A stretch of 42,061 nucleotides of DNA from Octopus sinensis (taxonomy: Eukaryota), in contig NW_021832121.1 of NCBI RefSeq assembly GCF_006345805.1, positions 1 to 42,061 on the forward strand, given 5' to 3'. Positions 24,615 through 36,892 of the stretch are shown one piece after another. A program made the translations under genes and the position numbers. Each line of letters begins with the position of its first letter. Position 1 is the stretch's first letter. Under the pieces are notes generated by a model. It saw nothing but the letters and a program-made list of their open reading frames with translations, did not search any database and was not told where the DNA came from.

Positions 24615-25012
24615 TGTGTGTATCATTTATGTTGATAGTCGTAGCTTATCCATTCACAATTTGTTTTCTTTTCGTTATTCGGTCACCGTAAAATCTGAAA
24701 ATGCTTGACACATCTTATCATGTGGAAGATAACGCATATATGTGGGTCTTAGCGTATCCGGTTATGTAACGAAGCATTTGTCATGTAGATAAAAAAACGG
24801 CACAGTTAAAAATAGCACAATAAGTGAATGAGTCAATGGGATTTCCTAATTGACACAATAGAGTAACTATATTTAGGAATGGCTTTTGTATCGCTACCTC
24901 CAGCTGTAGTAGTCTTTCAAATCACGGTATAAATATATATACAGATATTCATATATGGACACACACGGACACACACACACACACACACGCACACACACAC
25001 ACACACACCACA

Positions 25013-25075
<63 letters not shown>

Positions 25076-25239
25076 CGACAGCTTCTTTCAGGTTCCGTCT
25101 TCCAAATCCACTGAGACGATTTTATTCAGCTTGATGCAATAGTAGAAGACACTTGCCCAAAGAGCCACGCAGTGAGACTGAACCCAGAATAATGTGGTTT
25201 GGAAGCAAGTGTCTTACCACACAGCCACACCTGCACCTA

Positions 25240-25570
25240 TATATGTACATGTATGTATGTATGTATGCATGTATGTATGTATGTATGTATGTATGTATGT
25301 ATGTATGTATGTATGTATGTATGTATGTATGTATGTATATGTATGTATGTATGTATGTATGTTATGTATGTATGTATGTATGTATGCATGTATGTATGTA
25401 TGTTATGTATGTATGTATGTATGTATGTTATGTATGTATGCATGTATGTATGTATGCATCTATGTATGGTATGTATGTATGTATGTATGTATGTATGTAT
25501 GTTATGTATGTATGTATGTATGTATGTATGTATGTATGTATGTATGTTATATATGTATGTATGTATGTAT
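25240..25570. repeat. Long imperfect (TATG)n microsatellite
   Basis: Direct reading; accounts for the MYVC-type ORFs. Confidence 0.95.
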
Positions 25571-26631
25571 AGACATGGTTATGTGTTAAGTTTATTAGTA
25601 AACCATTTGTTTTCGCATTTATCCCTATTACTGAACTTCTTAAGCAAGTGTTTTTGCCTGTGGTCCACGACCGGTCGTAAAATTAGTGGACGGAAACTCG
25701 CTGTGTGTGTATGTGTGTGTGTGTGTGTGGTGTGTGTGTGTGTGTGTGTGTGCGCGTGCGCGTATGTAGATTTGTGTCTGTAATTTGAGTACTGCCATTT
25801 GTTTATGAATATTTATTTTAACAAATAAACAGAAAGGTGTATTAAACATTTTAATGTTGAAGAGTTCATATTTTCTAATAGTTTATTTGGTTAATGTACT
25901 GACAGTGTGGAAAAGAAAGAATGATTAACTCATATATCTGTCGCATTTGCATAGGATTTAATTGATATTCCGAGTTAAAGTCCTAAAAAGAGGTTGTACC
26001 AACAAAGAAATACTATTATTTTGCGGTTTAGTTATTCTCCAGGTCTTCGTTATATTAGATTCATCCAGCAGCTCTACTATTGCAAGGATTATCGTCATTT
26101 ACTGAGTGTTTCTTCGGATGTTAACTCGCGTCTCGCAAGGTGATATTTGTAAGGCCAGGAACTTGCAGTATACGCACTCACATATCCCTTAACAAATGCC
26201 AAAAATAAGGCAACGCCGCTTTCTCGATGCATTTGGAAGCTGAAGGCGAATGACACTGATTAAATAATAAATTAGTTAACAGCAGAAACAGCTACCCCTT
26301 GATATCAATAGCAGCGTGCTATGTATTGCAGAGAAATGCCATATAATTTTATAGCCCACACACGTAACCAAAATCAAAATTGATGACTGCAATAAATGAT
26401 GTGAGGACAAATTCTCAGAAACCGGTTGCAATACAAGAGGAGGTTATAGAGCGTGTCTACACCGCTGAAGACAGAATCAGTAGAATCAACTCGTAAATTT
26501 CTTCAACTGTAAGACAGCTTAGTGACTGACTGACCTAGGGTTAAACAAAAATAAAAAAAAACAGCGTGGCGCATGCCTGATATGCTACAATTACTCTGAT
26601 GGTATTTTGGGAGTGGAGTGGTTTTTCACAA

Positions 26632-26722
26632 ATTTATTTTGAGCTCAAATTCCACCCTGGTTATAGTTGAAAACATTTTGTTTTCAGCTATAACCAGGGT
26701 GGAATTTGAGCTCAATATAAAT
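26632..26722. repeat. Near-perfect palindrome, 44-bp arms, 3-nt loop
   Basis: atttattttgagctcaaattccaccctggttatagttgaaaaca-ttt-tgttttcagctataaccagggtggaatttgagctcaatataaat; 2 mismatches. Confidence 0.95.
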
Positions 26723-27213
26723 AGACTGCTACTTTGCACTTGATACAGTACATACGCTGCCTGAAGACAAAGAAATTATGGCATCCCTCACCTTCTACTA
26801 ACAACTGTTTCTATGAAATGAATTGACAGGAAACATATTTATTGGCTGCTCAACCGGTTTACTAGAGATGCCTTCGAAAAAAGAAAGAAAGATAAAGTAA
26901 AAAAACGGACGTTTCTTTTTTCTGCTAAGGCACTGCTTTTAATAAGATATTATTCATAAAATATTGCACGAAATCAAATATTCAGGGAAAAGTCTTTTGT
27001 TTGTTTTATTTTATGTCAAATTTATTGCAATTGCAGTCATAATCTTTGTTATGCATATTCACTAGGTGAGCCAAAATAATCGCTTCCTTCTTCAAAGTAC
27101 TTCTTCCGACTATCGTCTTCATTTTCGACCGTCTCGTTGCCGTCATATTGCTTGGGAATCCTCTGCTTTTACAACTCTATTTCTATTTAGTTTATTTCAT
27201 ATTTATTATTTTA

Positions 27214-27251
<38 letters not shown>

Positions 27252-27282
27252 ACAACAACAACAACAGCAGCAATAGTAGTAA

Positions 27283-27316
<34 letters not shown>

Positions 27317-28246
27317 TAGAACAACAGCAACAAAAACAACAATCCATCCCACTATAGGCGCAAGGCCTGAAATTTGGCGGAGTGCGGTGAGATAGTTAAC
27401 TACATCGACCCTCAGAGCTGAACTGATACTTATTTTATTAACCTGGACACGATGAAAAACAAAGCCAACCTCGATGGGTTTTGAACTCACAACGTAAAGC
27501 CAAAAGAAGTGCCGCATTTTGTCCGAGGCGTTAACAATTCTACCTAAAATTGTGCTTAATGTACGTCGTTGTAATAACGATAATAACATTCCAATTATCC
27601 ATATATGTACTTTGATCTTAATTGTTATCATCAGTGTCGAATTTAATTTTATTAGTTAAGGATATTAGATATGTGGGAAATTTGACCGGTGACTGTTGGT
27701 GCTACACCTTTCGGAGTAAGAAAAAGAGAGAAAGAGGGTTTGAAAAAAAAAGAGAGAAAGAGGGAGAGTGAAGTTTCCTTTTAAGGGGAAAGAACAGCTC
27801 AGGGTTTTTAATTTTTTTTTTTTTTATTGTGAGGGGTCTTTTTCATTTGAGTGATAGAACATATGAAATAAGATAAATTTCTTTCAATCAAAAAGGCTTT
27901 TCTCTTTCAAATTAGACAGGTTGAAGTTTTTCGTATGTGAAAGAGCCAGAATGAGAAACAGATAGAGAGAGAGGGAGAGTGAGAGAACGCGAAGGAAGAG
28001 AGAAGAGATGTTAAGACAACTTCAGTTATGAATACATTCACAAAAGATTTCCTTTAACCAGGAAGATAAGGAGAGAAGTCAAATCTTGAATGGATTTAAA
28101 CTCTTTTATTTCCCTGTCCTTGAAAAATAAGAACCAATCAACGATATTTCTGGAAAGTTAATTGAATAAACTTGTGCTGAATCACCGATTTTACGGACTT
28201 GAACTAACTTCTTTATGGGTGCATATATATATATATATATGTGTGT

Positions 28247-28297
<51 letters not shown>

Positions 28298-28337
28298 CGC
28301 GTGTGTGTCTGTTTGTCTGTATATATATATATATATA

Positions 28338-28760
28338 GGCGCAGGAGTGGCTGTGTGGTAAGTAGCTTGCTTACCAACCACATGGTTCAGGGTTCAGCCC
28401 CACTGCGTGGCACCTTGGGCAAGTGTCTTCTACTATAGCCTCGGGCCGACCAAAGTCTTGTGAGTGGATTTGGTAGACGGAAACTGAAAGAAGCCCGTTG
28501 TATATATGTATATATATATGTATATATATATGTGTGTATGTGCGTGTATGTTTATGTGTCTGTGTTTGTCCCCCTAGCATTGCTTGACAACCGATGCTGG
28601 TGTGTTTATGTCCCCGTCACTTAGCGTTTCGGCAAAAGAGACCGATAGAATAAGTACTGGGCTTACAAAGAATAAGTCTCGGGGTCGAGTTGCTCGATTA
28701 AAGCCGGTGCTCCAGCATGGCCGCAGTCAAATGACTGAAACAAGTAAAAGAGTAAAGAGT
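28338..28760 (+). mobile_element. SINE family 1, full length and well preserved
   Basis: ggcgcaggagtggctgtgtggtaag...ggttcagcccc...ccttgggcaagtgtcttc...tgactgaaacaagtaaaagagtaaagagt. Confidence 0.9.
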
Positions 28761-28781
28761 ATATATGTATGTATATATATC

Positions 28782-29064
28782 GTGGCAGACCGTCGGTTAC
28801 GACGGCGAGGGTTCCAGTTGATTCGATCAACGGAACAGCCTGCTCATGAAATTAACGTGCAAGTGGCTGAGCATTCCAAAGAAAGAGTGTGAAAAAGCTG
28901 TGGTGAAAGAGTACAGTAGAGTTCGCCACCACCCCCTGCCGGAGCCTCGTGAAGTTTTAGGAGGTTTTCGCTCAATAAACATTCACAACGCCCGGTCTGG
29001 GAATCGAAACCGCGATCTTACGACCGCGACTCCGCTGCCGTAACCACTGGGCCATTGCGCCTCC
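28782..29064 (-). mobile_element. Distinct tRNA-derived SINE (tRNA-Arg-like head)
   Basis: Minus strand ggaggcgcaatggcccagtggtta...ggagtcgcggtc...ggtttcgattccc followed by a non-tRNA body. Confidence 0.75.
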
Positions 29065-29159
29065 ACACACACACACACACACACACACATATGTGTGTGT
29101 GTGTATATGCATACATTTGCATGCATATATATATGCATATATATATATATATGCATATA

Positions 29160-29227
<68 letters not shown>

Positions 29228-29392
29228 TGTATGTATGTATGTATGTATGTGTGTATATATGTGCTTTTACCTGCATACACAGTTACAAACATGTATATTT
29301 ATGCTTTTTTACACGTACATCTATGTGTTCTCATAAATACAACGTTATTTAATATACATATCTTTAGTAGGTATATAAAATAAAAATCGTAC

Positions 29393-29532
29393 GAGTCGCT
29401 GTGTGGTAAGTAGCTTGCTTAACATCCACTTGGTTCCGAGCTCAGTTCCTTGGGCAAGTGTCTTCTACTAAAGTCCCTGGCCGACCAAAGCCTTGTGAGT
29501 GGATTTGGAAACTGAAAGAAATCCGTCGTATA

Positions 29533-29563
<31 letters not shown>

Positions 29564-29722
29564 TTTTTGCATGTTTGTGTTTGTCCTCCCCCATCATCAA
29601 TTGACTAGGTTTACAAAAGTACTAGGTTTACAAAGAATAAGTCCTAGAGTCGATTTGCTCGACTAAAAGCGGTGCTCCAGCATGGTTGCAGTCAAATGAC
29701 TGAAACAAATAAAAGAATAAAA
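29393..29722 (+). mobile_element. SINE family 1, degenerate
   Basis: Family motifs present, with internal deletions. Confidence 0.75.
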
Positions 29723-30124
29723 GCATATCACCCGAATAAATTACTTAATTAGTAAAAAAGGAGTGAATTATATATTTCTTTAAAGGTGACAATGACTTCA
29801 AAATTACTGCTGCCTTTAAGTACAACCCACGCGCGTGCGCGCAAATACATGTGGATAAATATAAGGAAAAGTACTCAATGATCAACATAGAGTTGATAAC
29901 AGTTAAAAACAGATATTTTCAGAGTTGTAAAGAATCACGATTAATGGGGCGTTGGTGTTGTTATCATCGTCGTAGTCGAGTGTGCGTGCAGGATTGCATA
30001 GACACATTAATATTTATATATATATATATATATATGGATAAAAACAGTTTCATTCACATTTGTTGGTACTTTTGAGTTTCAAGCGTGATGTTAGTCGTCA
30101 GCCATACATACATACATACATACA

Positions 30125-30155
<31 letters not shown>

Positions 30156-30223
30156 CAAAAATACCCTGTTGATATTGTTGAAATTAAACTGAATAATGAC
30201 TTACATACATACACCCATGCATC

Positions 30224-30288
<65 letters not shown>

Positions 30289-30367
30289 GTGTGTGTGTGC
30301 GTACGTACGTATGTGTGCATATATGTTTGTATGTGTTAGTGTGCGTGTGTGTGTGTGTGTGTGTGTG

Positions 30368-30413
<46 letters not shown>

Positions 30414-30689
30414 CTTAAAGGATAAGAAAAACAAAACCAAGGCAGGACGAGCATCTCAGGTTATTTTGAATATAGAATTAGAGTAAGGTGAAAAAAAAAA
30501 GTAGAAGTAATTAATGTCTTACAGCTGTTTCTGGGATAGCCCAGCTAATGGGTCAATGCCTCCATACACTAGGCATTCCGTCATTGTATGTATGTATGTG
30601 TGTGTGTGTTTGTGTGTGTTTGTATGTGAGTGTGTGTGTGTATGCATGCATACTCAGGCTTCAACACCATTCAGACCTAACTTTAACAA

Positions 30690-31330
30690 CTTTCTATACA
30701 TTGCCCCTTGTAAGGTCCATTTCTCTCAGCGTGCCTTCAACTGTTCCACGCCAGTTGATGGTTGACCAACCAGCTTCTGGCTTCTCAAACAGTGTCCATC
30801 ACGCCGTCACACTCTATTCTCTATATTAAACAAACCGACCCACCTTTATTTTATTTCATGGTCCACACTATTCCGACCAGTTTTACGGTACTACTCTTCA
30901 TTTGACATGTTGGCACACAGGCATAGCAGATTTTTTTCCTTAGACATCCATTGTAGGAATTAATAATCTTATTCATGACTTCTTTTATCTCTTCAGCCTC
31001 CTAATCCAGTCATTAGGACAAATTTTGATACCATTGTCATAGAGTCTAGTTTTAATCGTAAGACTATTGCCTACACTTTCAGATCGGTTGAAGTCTTGTA
31101 AATACTCCTCGCGCTTTGGTCACACACCTGTTTGAATGTCTTATCATTCTTTCTTTCTTTCTTTTTTTTTTTTTTTTTGCTCCACCGACTTTGCTGATAA
31201 GGCTTCCGAAATATGTAAAGGTCTCCCCAGTCTAATAGTTTACTGTGAGCAGCGTTATGTGTAGGATAGTTAGAGTTTGTTTACATGATTTGTGATTTTG
31301 ATAGGGTGAGTTACCTGCGGATGAAATGTT
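30690..31330 (-). mobile_element. Old RTE-like LINE 3' remnant
   Basis: Minus strand ETFTYFGSLISKVGG and GHCLRS motifs. Confidence 0.55.
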
Positions 31331-31879
31331 TGACCGTTAAAAATTTGTAATCGTTACCTGGAGAAGTCTAAAGTCCCTATCAAAACTAAGAACAGTTTAA
31401 CCCTTAAGATCAAAACAGTATTTTAAGTTACATGCCTATGAATTTGTAACGCAGAAGTTTTTTTTTCCCGGTACAAAGGCCTTACCCAATCAAAAAGTGG
31501 TTTGTAAACTCGTAATTCACCCTTGGTACTACAAGTGGGCCCACTTTGGCCATTTCCACTGGGCGCTGGAGCAGCTAAAAATAGCAGTCTAATATTTCTC
31601 AGATTCCTACTGCCTTAAGAATGCGACGGATGTATTACATAATGTAATCTGAAAAACTATGCATGGAAAAAAACCGGAATGGTCACGGTTGGAAACTTTT
31701 TTAATCATAGATCAGTGTTGATCCGGGGTCAGAAAAAAAAAAACATATTTTAAGCGAAATTTCCAAGTAAGAAAGGAATCTAATTGAATAAAAAGAAATC
31801 TAAGCGTTTAACTATTTCTAAATGGCTTTTTTTTTTCTTTTAGAAATCAATTAATGATCATACGTTTCCTTTATGATCA

Positions 31880-32700
31880 TGATATTTTGTGGGAAATTTT
31901 ACTGGCGACTGTTGGTGCAGCCGCCTTTAGTTGTTTTCAGAATAAGAGAAGGAGATTATATTTAATATCCAATAACAGATTGAACTAATGAAACTGTAAA
32001 TGAAAGAATAGCCGTGGCGAGTAGGCGTGGTTTCTATATAAATGCGGGAGTGTCTCTAATTTGAGATTATTTTAAAATCACATGCTATTTTGTGGAGTTT
32101 TTTTTGTTCATTAATATGTCACTAAATTCTACTAAATTAATAATCACTTAATTTCTTTTACTTCCCTTACATTGTGGAATTTTCGTTGATATCACTTTTA
32201 GAAGAGGCGTGGTATTTAAACACCATTGTAAACTTGTATTAAGGATCTAAAGCTTTCTCAGAAATTGCGCTGAATTACGCATGGTAAATTTAACTCATTT
32301 TGCATGTGTTGCTTTACCTGCGTGGGAAAGAATACAAAAACCATATAGTTAAGGATTTCTAATCAGGAAGTGGCATAACTTCAAATCACGATTTCAAATC
32401 ACGTTTTCTTTATCTGCTATTTTGATAGTCAGTTTAAAAATCAGCTGGTTTTACTATGAGTCACTGTTGGAATGGATTTAGCTTCTTAAATAGAACTGAT
32501 TACTTTCATAAAAAATTTGTAGTGTCCGTATTTTTTAATCAGAAAGTAGTTATGTGATACTTTATTTGATTAATCTCATGAAGAGGAAACAAATGTTTTA
32601 CTTCGTGTGAAGTCCGGTCAAAGTTTCAAGGTTGCAAAAAAGACCAATGGCAGGGTTATTGTTTTACAATTGGTTATTTTTAAAAATCCCGTCACAGGAT
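31880..32700. promoter_or_regulatory. Candidate promoter/enhancer in non-repetitive sequence
   Basis: AGGCGTGG plus TATATAAA (32023-32042), AGGCGTGG plus TATTTAAA (32205-32220), CSL sites TGTGGGAA (31888) and CGTGGGAA (32321), Ets CAGGAAGT (32364), AP-1 TGAGTCA (32457). Confidence 0.3.
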
Positions 32701-33123
32701 TTAAGACACAGAAGGAAAATGTTGTTTCTTTCACTCGCACACGCACATACCACCACCACCACCACCACCACCATACTTCCTTCTAAAGTCAATGAAAACG
32801 TTTGCTTCTTGTTCCTTTCAATTTTTTGTCGGATTTTCAACCTTAAAGACGCGATTAAAAAAAATACAATCAACTACCGTAAGGTATATAATCAACTATA
32901 CCCCACTCCATAATTCTTTTCTTTATTTCATAAAGAAAGAAAAACGTGGCTCTTATACTACCTACGTTAGAAATAATCCTTTTTAACAGGATTAAGTGTA
33001 ACTAGACCTTTAATAGGATGTTTCAGTTTAAATAGTGTTAGGTGCTTCGTTTTCAAATCAACTAAGTCAACTATTCAGTTATCTTAAGGCAGAGAAACTA
33101 CCATCAAAACGAATTCTGCTTGT

Positions 33124-33176
<53 letters not shown>

Positions 33177-33194
33177 CTCTAATTTATTACATTT

Positions 33195-33718
33195 TTATTC
33201 TTTTATTCTCTAACTTGATTCAGTCATTTGACTGTGGCCATGCCGAAGCACGTCCTTTAGTCGAACAAATCGACCCCAGGACTTATTCTTTGCAAGCCTA
33301 GTATTTATTCTATCTGTGTCTTTTGCCGAACTGTTAAGTTACACCAGCATCGGTTGTCAAGCGATGGTGGGGGGACAAACATAGACGCGCGCACGCACGC
33401 ACATATATGTATACAACGGGCTTCTTTCAGTTTCTGTTTGCCAAATCCACTCACAAGGTTTTGGTTAGCTCGAGGCTATAGTAGAAAACACTTGCCCAAG
33501 GTGCCACGCAGTGAGACTGAACCCGGAACCATGTGGTAGGTAAGCAAGCTACTTACCCCACGGCTTTCTTGCATATATATAGGAGTGATTGTGTAAGAAA
33601 CTTGCTTCCTAGCAACATGGTTCCAGGTTCAGTCCCACTGCATGGCACCTTGGCATTCGGGAGGACCAAAGCTTTGTGAGTGGATTTGGTAGACGGAAAC
33701 TGAAAGAAGCCCCTCGTA
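33195..33718. mobile_element. Head-to-head pair of SINE family 1 copies
   Basis: Minus-strand copy at 33195-33565, plus-strand 5' half at 33581-33718. Confidence 0.8.
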
Positions 33719-33951
33719 GCGGCCCTTAATGTTTGTCTTCGTCGATTCTTTACTCTGTGCGCCCATTATGTTGCTGTGTTCGCTCGAAGCTCTAAATTTC
33801 CACAAATTTTATATTTTCATAAATTTCTGGATGCTGCTGTTTTATGAAAGTTTCCTATCTTGTCGTTGAAAGCTCGAAATAGGGATTAATAAATAGTCGA
33901 CAACTGAGGAAGAGTTAAACTTATTTTGGTAGTTTGTCTTGTAATTAATGC

Positions 33952-34005
<54 letters not shown>

Positions 34006-34350
34006 CATATACACACACACACATATATACAATAATATAAATAATATATAAATATATGCATATATACATGCATATATGGGTGCAGGACTTTTAAAAAAAA
34101 CGTAGACACAATGAGAAATGAGACATGTAACATAAAGAACATTCCCTTCATCAGTTGTCCTCTGTTTTATCTATTCCGCATTTCGAAGGTAAGGAAAAGA
34201 CGCGACTTTGTTAAAACATATATGTATGTATATAAAATTTTATGTATTGATTAAGTCTTTCCTTGTTTGTTTTGCAAAATAGTGGTTTTGTCTCTAATAA
34301 TATTTTATATATATATATATATAAAATAAAAACATGATGCGAAGGATTCA

Positions 34351-34428
34351 GCGGTACATATGTTTCGGGCCTTTATTAGACAGATTTATAACAATGCATA
34401 ATGTATGTCTGTGGCCTTCTTCAGCCGC
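34351..34428 (-). ncRNA. Type I hammerhead ribozyme (inverted pLTR copy)
   Basis: Reverse complement of 38765-38842. Confidence 0.8.
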
Positions 34429-35143
34429 GCACAACAGCTTCCACAAGGACATGTGTTACATCAAAAGTTCTTGGTTGGGGATGCAAATCCTCTCATTCAC
34501 GTACGACATAATGCGGCAGCAGCATAGAGTTGAAGCGTCCATCTCTTTCTTCTCTCAATGTAGAATGAGGAAAATTGGATGTTGAGGTAATGTAAATAAA
34601 TAAATACATATATAGAGGTGAAGATGGAGGGGCGAGAGTTCGGGACGAGGGATAAAAAATGTATAAAAAGTGTAAGTATAGAATAATATAAAAATGTAGA
34701 GGATAAAGGGTTGTAAGGAGATGTAAAGGGGGTATAAAGAAATATAAGTAAAAATAGAAATAGAATAAAAGTAAAAAAACTGATAAAAACATGATAAAAG
34801 TGTAAAAGAATGTAAAGATAAGGGATGTATAGAGGTTATGGACCAAGCATGGTGGTCAGGAGATTGATAAAATTTAGTTGTAGAATTGTCAGTACATCAA
34901 CAGTTTCGTCTGGGGACTTAATGCGTTGTAAATCAGAGCTGATGAGCATTTAATCTGGTTCCTTGAATTAAATGGACTTCTAGTACATACATATCATCAT
35001 GGATATATACACCCACATACACGCGTACATATACGCCTCCAAGCCTATAAGCATACACACGCACTCGCGTGTAAACACGTACATAAACACACACGCACCC
35101 ACACGCACGTGCGTACACACACATACATACAACAGAATATCCG

Positions 35144-36892
35144 CCCGACTACTCATTCATCCAATTCGACATAGCTAGCTACTACGCCAGTATATCCCCC
35201 ATCTTACTTAACAAATCCCTTATTTTTGCCCGCAACCTTTCACTCATAGACAGAGAAAAAATTGACATAATTCTATTAGCTAGAAAAACCATAATAGAAT
35301 TCGACGGTAGACTCTGGACCAGAACCGATACCCCCGACAATTTCGATGTGGCTATGGGCTCGAGCGATTCAGCTCAGGTGACTGACTTGGTCGGGGCCTA
35401 CCTGCTCAAGAAGCTTTTCTCCGAGGTACCGGATCTTCAGGGGGGTCTATACAGAGACGACGCTCTCTTCATATACCCCACCAACAATAGGAGTAAACTA
35501 GAAAGAATTAGGAAAAAGATCAGGCTTTTTTTCAAATCCTTCAATCTTAAACTAGAATTTATGACCAATACTAAAATAGTAAACTTCTTAGATGTTACGT
35601 TAGATTTGAATAAGCACCTTCACTACCCGTATAGGAAACCAGAAGAAACTACCAAATACATCCATACCTCTTCCAACCATCCACCCTGTATAATTAGCAC
35701 CACGGTCCAAGCCATCTCAGACAGACTGACAAAACTATCCTCTAATAGAGAAATTTTCAATAATCATGCACAACACTACAACCAGGCTCTCTATAGTGCC
35801 GGGTATAACCAGAGAATATCATATGTAGACCACCCGGGAGCGTCCGTCGGCCATAAGACTCCCAATTATAATCGAACTCAGCACTCAACTCACACTAGCG
35901 ATAATTCTAATTTAAACTCCAAACAACGTATAGGAAATAGGCGAACTAATAGAACAGCACACAATAGTAACCCTCCCGACGAGAGCAATATAGATCCTAT
36001 TAGGAGAAATAGAAGGGATAATAGTAGATTACGCAAATATATATGGTTCAACATACCTTTCAACTTAGCAGTTAGGGGTAAGTTATGTAAGAGAATATTC
36101 TCTATAATTTCCAACAACTTCCCACCCACCCACAAGTATAGAAGTATCTTCTCCAACAAAACTATTAGGATTTCCTACTCTACCCTGCCCAACATGAGCT
36201 GCCTCATAGCTAAACATAACTATATTAATATTAGAACAGCTAGATCAAGAGCAAACCATAGCGACCAACAGAACCCCCCCCCCATCCAGACAGTAGACAA
36301 TATAACCAGACTGGCAGCCATACTACCCAAACAGTTAGTAATAACACCCGCCAACACAACAGAGGAAATACTACACCCATCAACAACCAGGAGGATACCA
36401 ACGCCCCCACTCGTATTGCAACACCTCCGCCTGGGATTAGCAGCACACGACCGAACAATACAATGCAATGCAACTGCAGATGTGCATCAGAGTGCCCGCT
36501 GCAGGGCGCATGTAGGGCGAAAAACGTAATATACTCATGTGAGGTGAGTACTCAGTTTAACACACTCACCTATATTGGTTGCTCAACCTCTGGAAATCCA
36601 GATACTACAACCACCGGTCCTCGCTGAGACACAGACATAAGGCTAACAGCACCTCCCTCTCTAAAAGAATTGGGAATTAAAAGACAAATGCATAGGCTTC
36701 AAACTCAGATGGTCCATCATCGGATCAGCTGCACCTTATTTAAATAATAGAGCAGGATGCCAACTATGCTGTGTAGAACTCCTTAACATCTTGAAATTCA
36801 AAGACAAACACAATCTTATTAACAAAAGGTCAGAGTTCAAACCATCCTGTATACATAAACTTATTAATACTTTCAAATACTACAATGCTTAG
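35144..36892 (+). pseudogene. PLE reverse transcriptase plus C-terminal GIY-YIG endonuclease (5'-truncated, 3 small frameshifts)
   Basis: FIQFDIASYYASIS, FDVAMGS, GLYRDD, VNFLDVTLDL, SNHPP, IWFNIPF, CNCRCASECPLQGAC, VIY..TYIG, CQLCCVE, INKRSEFKPSCIH; stop TAG at 36890-36892. Confidence 0.9.

Noticed and set aside
24687-24720. Minus-strand IFRFY-G|gtgacc resembling the CIB FRIYD junction
   Set aside because: In-frame TAA nine codons upstream and no good acceptor.
29000-29064. tRNA genes at SINE heads (also 28338 and 41126)
   Set aside because: A/B boxes are present but there is no complete cloverleaf or acceptor stem, and the sequence continues into repeat bodies.
31844-31930. Plus-strand exon after a strong acceptor with in-frame TGA-TCA-TGA (possible UxU selenopeptide)
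   Set aside because: No recognisable SECIS or homology, and the paralogous motif at 27672 does not share this upstream frame.
35144-36892. Selenocysteine recoding, reported for some Naiad elements
   Set aside because: No in-frame TGA in the reconstructed RT-EN frame of this truncated copy.
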